DNA of 64,000 nt, taken from positions 640,001 through 704,000 of the forward strand of contig CAVRBU010000002.1 in NCBI GenBank assembly GCA_963719315.1, written 5' to 3'. Within the stretch, counting starts at the first letter, position 1. The number at the start of each line of letters is the position of its first letter. Both the position numbers and the translations under genes were made by a program. Of the stretch, positions 61,598 through 64,000 are shown one piece after another. Below the pieces are notes generated by a model. It did no database searches and had not been told where the DNA came from. It was given only the letters and a program-made list of their open reading frames with translations. The stretch is from an uncultured Planctomycetota bacterium (GTDB lineage Bacteria; Planctomycetota; Planctomycetia; Pirellulales; Lacipirellulaceae).

Positions 61598-62176
61598 TCA
61601 ACGCGGCCATTCGGCGTGTGGATCGAAATTCATGATCGACGTTTCAGGCCGCGTCGGAATCTGCAACCGCAAGAACGGTTTATCCGCCGCTTTGTGGCAA
61701 CCATAGCACGTTTCCATCGACGTGCGATATGTTTTCTCGAACGCCGCTTTGTCGTGCGCGGCAATCGCTTCCTGCAATTGCTTGAGGGGTCCGTTCTCGA
61801 AGCCTTCAAGTATAGGCGCCAAATCTACTTCCTTGCCGGCATTGTCTTTTCGCTTGGGAATGACCCGCACCGCCCACCGCAAATGCGATCGCGTTTCCGA
61901 CCAATAGAAATTCGCCAATTCCCAGTTCGCATGCTGTCCGGCAAACCACAGATTGGAAAAGTGATAACTCACGTCCTGCATCACATGCGATTGGTCAGTC
62001 AGCTTGCCCTTGATCATTTCGAGGTCGGCCACCAAGGTGGCTGGATCATGTGTTAGTTGTTTCGCCGATTGTGCGAGCGCGGATGGCACTAGCAGCGAAA
62101 ACGCAGAATGCAAAAGCGCTCCGATTGCGATTCCTATTACCAGGAGAATCCATGCCTTTGTATGAAGTTGCGGCAT
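61598..62176 (-). CDS. Exported helical protein with a C-terminal heme-binding motif (cytochrome c'-like)
   Basis: Signal/TM segment; CYGCH. Confidence 0.7.
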   Translation of the reverse strand: MPQLHTKAWILLVIGIAIGALLHSAFSLLVPSALAQSAKQLTHDPATLVADLEMIKGKLTDQSHVMQDVSYHFSNLWFAGQHANWELANFYWSETRSHLRWAVRVIPKRKDNAGKEVDLAPILEGFENGPLKQLQEAIAAHDKAAFEKTYRTSMETCYGCHKAADKPFLRLQIPTRPETSIMNFDPHAEWPR

Positions 62177-62184
62177 ATCTTGCC

Positions 62185-62568
62185 TCACGAGTCCGTTTCC
62201 GAATGCAGCGCAACGCGATTGCCTTCGCTATCGAGCACGATGGCGCGAAAGCCGTGCGGCCCGATCGAGTGCGTGTCCTGAATTACCGAGCCGCCATTCG
62301 GCACAACCTTGGCAACGGCGTCTCGAATTCGCCCGTTCACGTTCAGGTAAATTAGCACGCCACCTGCGGCAATTTCTGCCTTATTGAGCACCAGGCAACC
62401 GCCATTTCCGCCTTCGTGTTCGATCACGCAGAATGACATGTCGCCGTACGTCTCCTTATCGACTCCAACACCCAACACGGATCGGTAGAACTTCGCCGCG
62501 CGGTCTAGGTCGGCCACCGGAATATCAAACCAAACGGCTCGGTTACGCTCTGAGTTGAAATCTCCCAT
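62185..62568 (-). CDS. VOC family protein
   Basis: VWFDIPVADLDRAAKFY, DSEGNRVALHS. Confidence 0.93.
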   Translation of the reverse strand: MGDFNSERNRAVWFDIPVADLDRAAKFYRSVLGVGVDKETYGDMSFCVIEHEGGNGGCLVLNKAEIAAGGVLIYLNVNGRIRDAVAKVVPNGGSVIQDTHSIGPHGFRAIVLDSEGNRVALHSETDS

Positions 62569-62607
62569 TCGTTCTCTCCTATTTCGCAGTATTCCGTGAC
62601 TGCCCTT

Positions 62608-63546
62608 TCATTCCCCCTTGGCCGGCTTCAGCAAGCCGCGCGCTTCGAGCCAATTGTGACATAGATTGGGCCATTCCTTTGTTCCAGGAACATCCTTCGC
62701 GAGCCCTATGCCGTGCTTGCCCGATTGAAAGATATGCATCTCGGCCGGAACGTGTGCCTTGTGAAGCGCGAGGTAGAACGCGATACAATTCTCCGCAGGC
62801 ACTCCGGTGTCCTCCAACGTCTGAAAGATAAATGTCGGCGGCGTTTCTTTGGTGACTTGCGTTTCGTTGGATAAACTGTGCAGGAGAGCGGGGGCCGGTG
62901 ATTCGCCTAGCAAGTTCTTGCGCGACCCCTGGTGCGTAAAGCTCTCTGTCATGGAAATGACTGGGTAGCAGAGGATCAGAAAATCGGGCCGCGAGCTCAC
63001 GCGTTCGATAGGATCGGCGCTATCGGATTCTCCGGCGTCGAAGTGCGTGCCCAGCGTGCTCGACAGATGGCCTCCCGCCGAAAAGCCCATCACGCCAATC
63101 CGCGACGGATCAAGATTCCACTCCTTCGCGCGGGCTCGCACGGTGCGTACGGCCCGCTGACCGTCCATCATCGGAACGGGGTGCATATGGCCGGTGCCGT
63201 GCATTCGATACTTGAGTACGAACGCCCGCACCCCCTGCGAATTGAGCCAGTCGGCAATTTGTTTGCCTTCATGATCCATCGCCAGCCCGCCATAACCGCC
63301 GCCGGGCACGACGATAATGCCCGTGCTCGTGGGTTTACCGGTTGGCGCAGTCATAAACAGCACAGGTTCGTCTTCCGGTTTTGTGGCCGGCGTGCCGGGT
63401 GCACCATTTTCCCAGAGCTTGATTGTGACGGGCTCCGCTGCTGGGGCGTCATTAACGAATACAATGCTAAGGCCAGCGACAAATGCCGCCAAAATGATTG
63501 GTCGCAACATGAGTCTTTCTGCCGAACAATCGAATCGAATACTCAT
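62608..63546 (-). CDS. Alpha/beta hydrolase (carbohydrate esterase-like), exported
   Basis: PGGGY, GFSAGGH, D.GVP, GKHG; start may be 63510. Confidence 0.92.
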   Translation of the reverse strand: MSIRFDCSAERLMLRPIILAAFVAGLSIVFVNDAPAAEPVTIKLWENGAPGTPATKPEDEPVLFMTAPTGKPTSTGIIVVPGGGYGGLAMDHEGKQIADWLNSQGVRAFVLKYRMHGTGHMHPVPMMDGQRAVRTVRARAKEWNLDPSRIGVMGFSAGGHLSSTLGTHFDAGESDSADPIERVSSRPDFLILCYPVISMTESFTHQGSRKNLLGESPAPALLHSLSNETQVTKETPPTFIFQTLEDTGVPAENCIAFYLALHKAHVPAEMHIFQSGKHGIGLAKDVPGTKEWPNLCHNWLEARGLLKPAKGE

Positions 63547-63562
63547 GATCTCGCGCCTTTGC

Positions 63563-63973
63563 TCACTTGTGTCGGTTCTCCAGATACGCCCGCCATGGCG
63601 TCCAATAATAATCCTGCCAGCCTTTGATGACGTCTTGATAATCGTGCTCGGGCACGTCGACGTGGACCAAATCGATGCGACCGTGTGCGGGAATTTCTGG
63701 CTCCGGCGTAAACAGCAGCACGAGCGTGGAGTCCGGGTCTTCCGCGTGAAATTTCGTCGAACGCCACGATTGTACGATTAATCGCGGCCGCACGACGGTC
63801 AGAATCGCGCCGCTAAGCTGGTCGTTAAAGGCCCCAAATCTCGCACCGGCCTGCGCACCGATCGCGACGGGAAAGCCTGTGATTGCTGCGTGCGCCGCCG
63901 GATCGAGATACATTTCGAACAACGATTCAGCCACTGCAGGTAGCACGACAGACTGCTGAATAACACTGCGCAT
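63563..63973 (-). CDS. SRPBCC/AHSA1-domain protein
   Basis: LIVQSWR, GWQDYYWTPW. Confidence 0.88.
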   Translation of the reverse strand: MRSVIQQSVVLPAVAESLFEMYLDPAAHAAITGFPVAIGAQAGARFGAFNDQLSGAILTVVRPRLIVQSWRSTKFHAEDPDSTLVLLFTPEPEIPAHGRIDLVHVDVPEHDYQDVIKGWQDYYWTPWRAYLENRHK

Positions 63974-64000
63974 CCGCGTCTTCTCCTAAGTTGGGCCGAT

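Overview
High-GC bacterial chromosome window, almost certainly a planctomycete (Pirellulales-like). The signatures are an RRRLGFEVLERRDLLA leader on a large secreted protein, a BBP7-type beta-barrel, a CehA/McbA-type hydrolase and an anti-sigma factor with a DUF1559-like domain. Contents in order: the 5' part of a Tad/Flp pilus operon (flp, a 35-aa ORF, cpaA, cpaB, cpaC) under a c-di-GMP-I riboswitch; a three-gene ATP-grasp / PLP enzyme / atypical decarboxylase operon; a secreted nuclease; a TPM-LemA operon; tRNA-Ala and tRNA-Arg; a probable 6S RNA behind an ECF sigma/anti-sigma pair; a kinase-TPR gene broken by an IS5 element that carries an inverted copy of itself; dprA, aroB and parA; a REP-bracketed type III restriction-modification island with an (AG)9 tract in mod and a REP-associated HUH transposase between mod and res; an amino-acid ABC transporter; and a ~15 kb block (corA to the pentapeptide gene) with two ATP-grasp ligases, three hydrolases/peptidases, Mg2+ transporters, MscS and a zinc-ribbon kinase. 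About 14 small frameshifts are scattered across unrelated genes, which suggests uncorrected long-read indels, so pseudogene calls are tentative. All family calls come from motif recognition by eye; no database searches were run.
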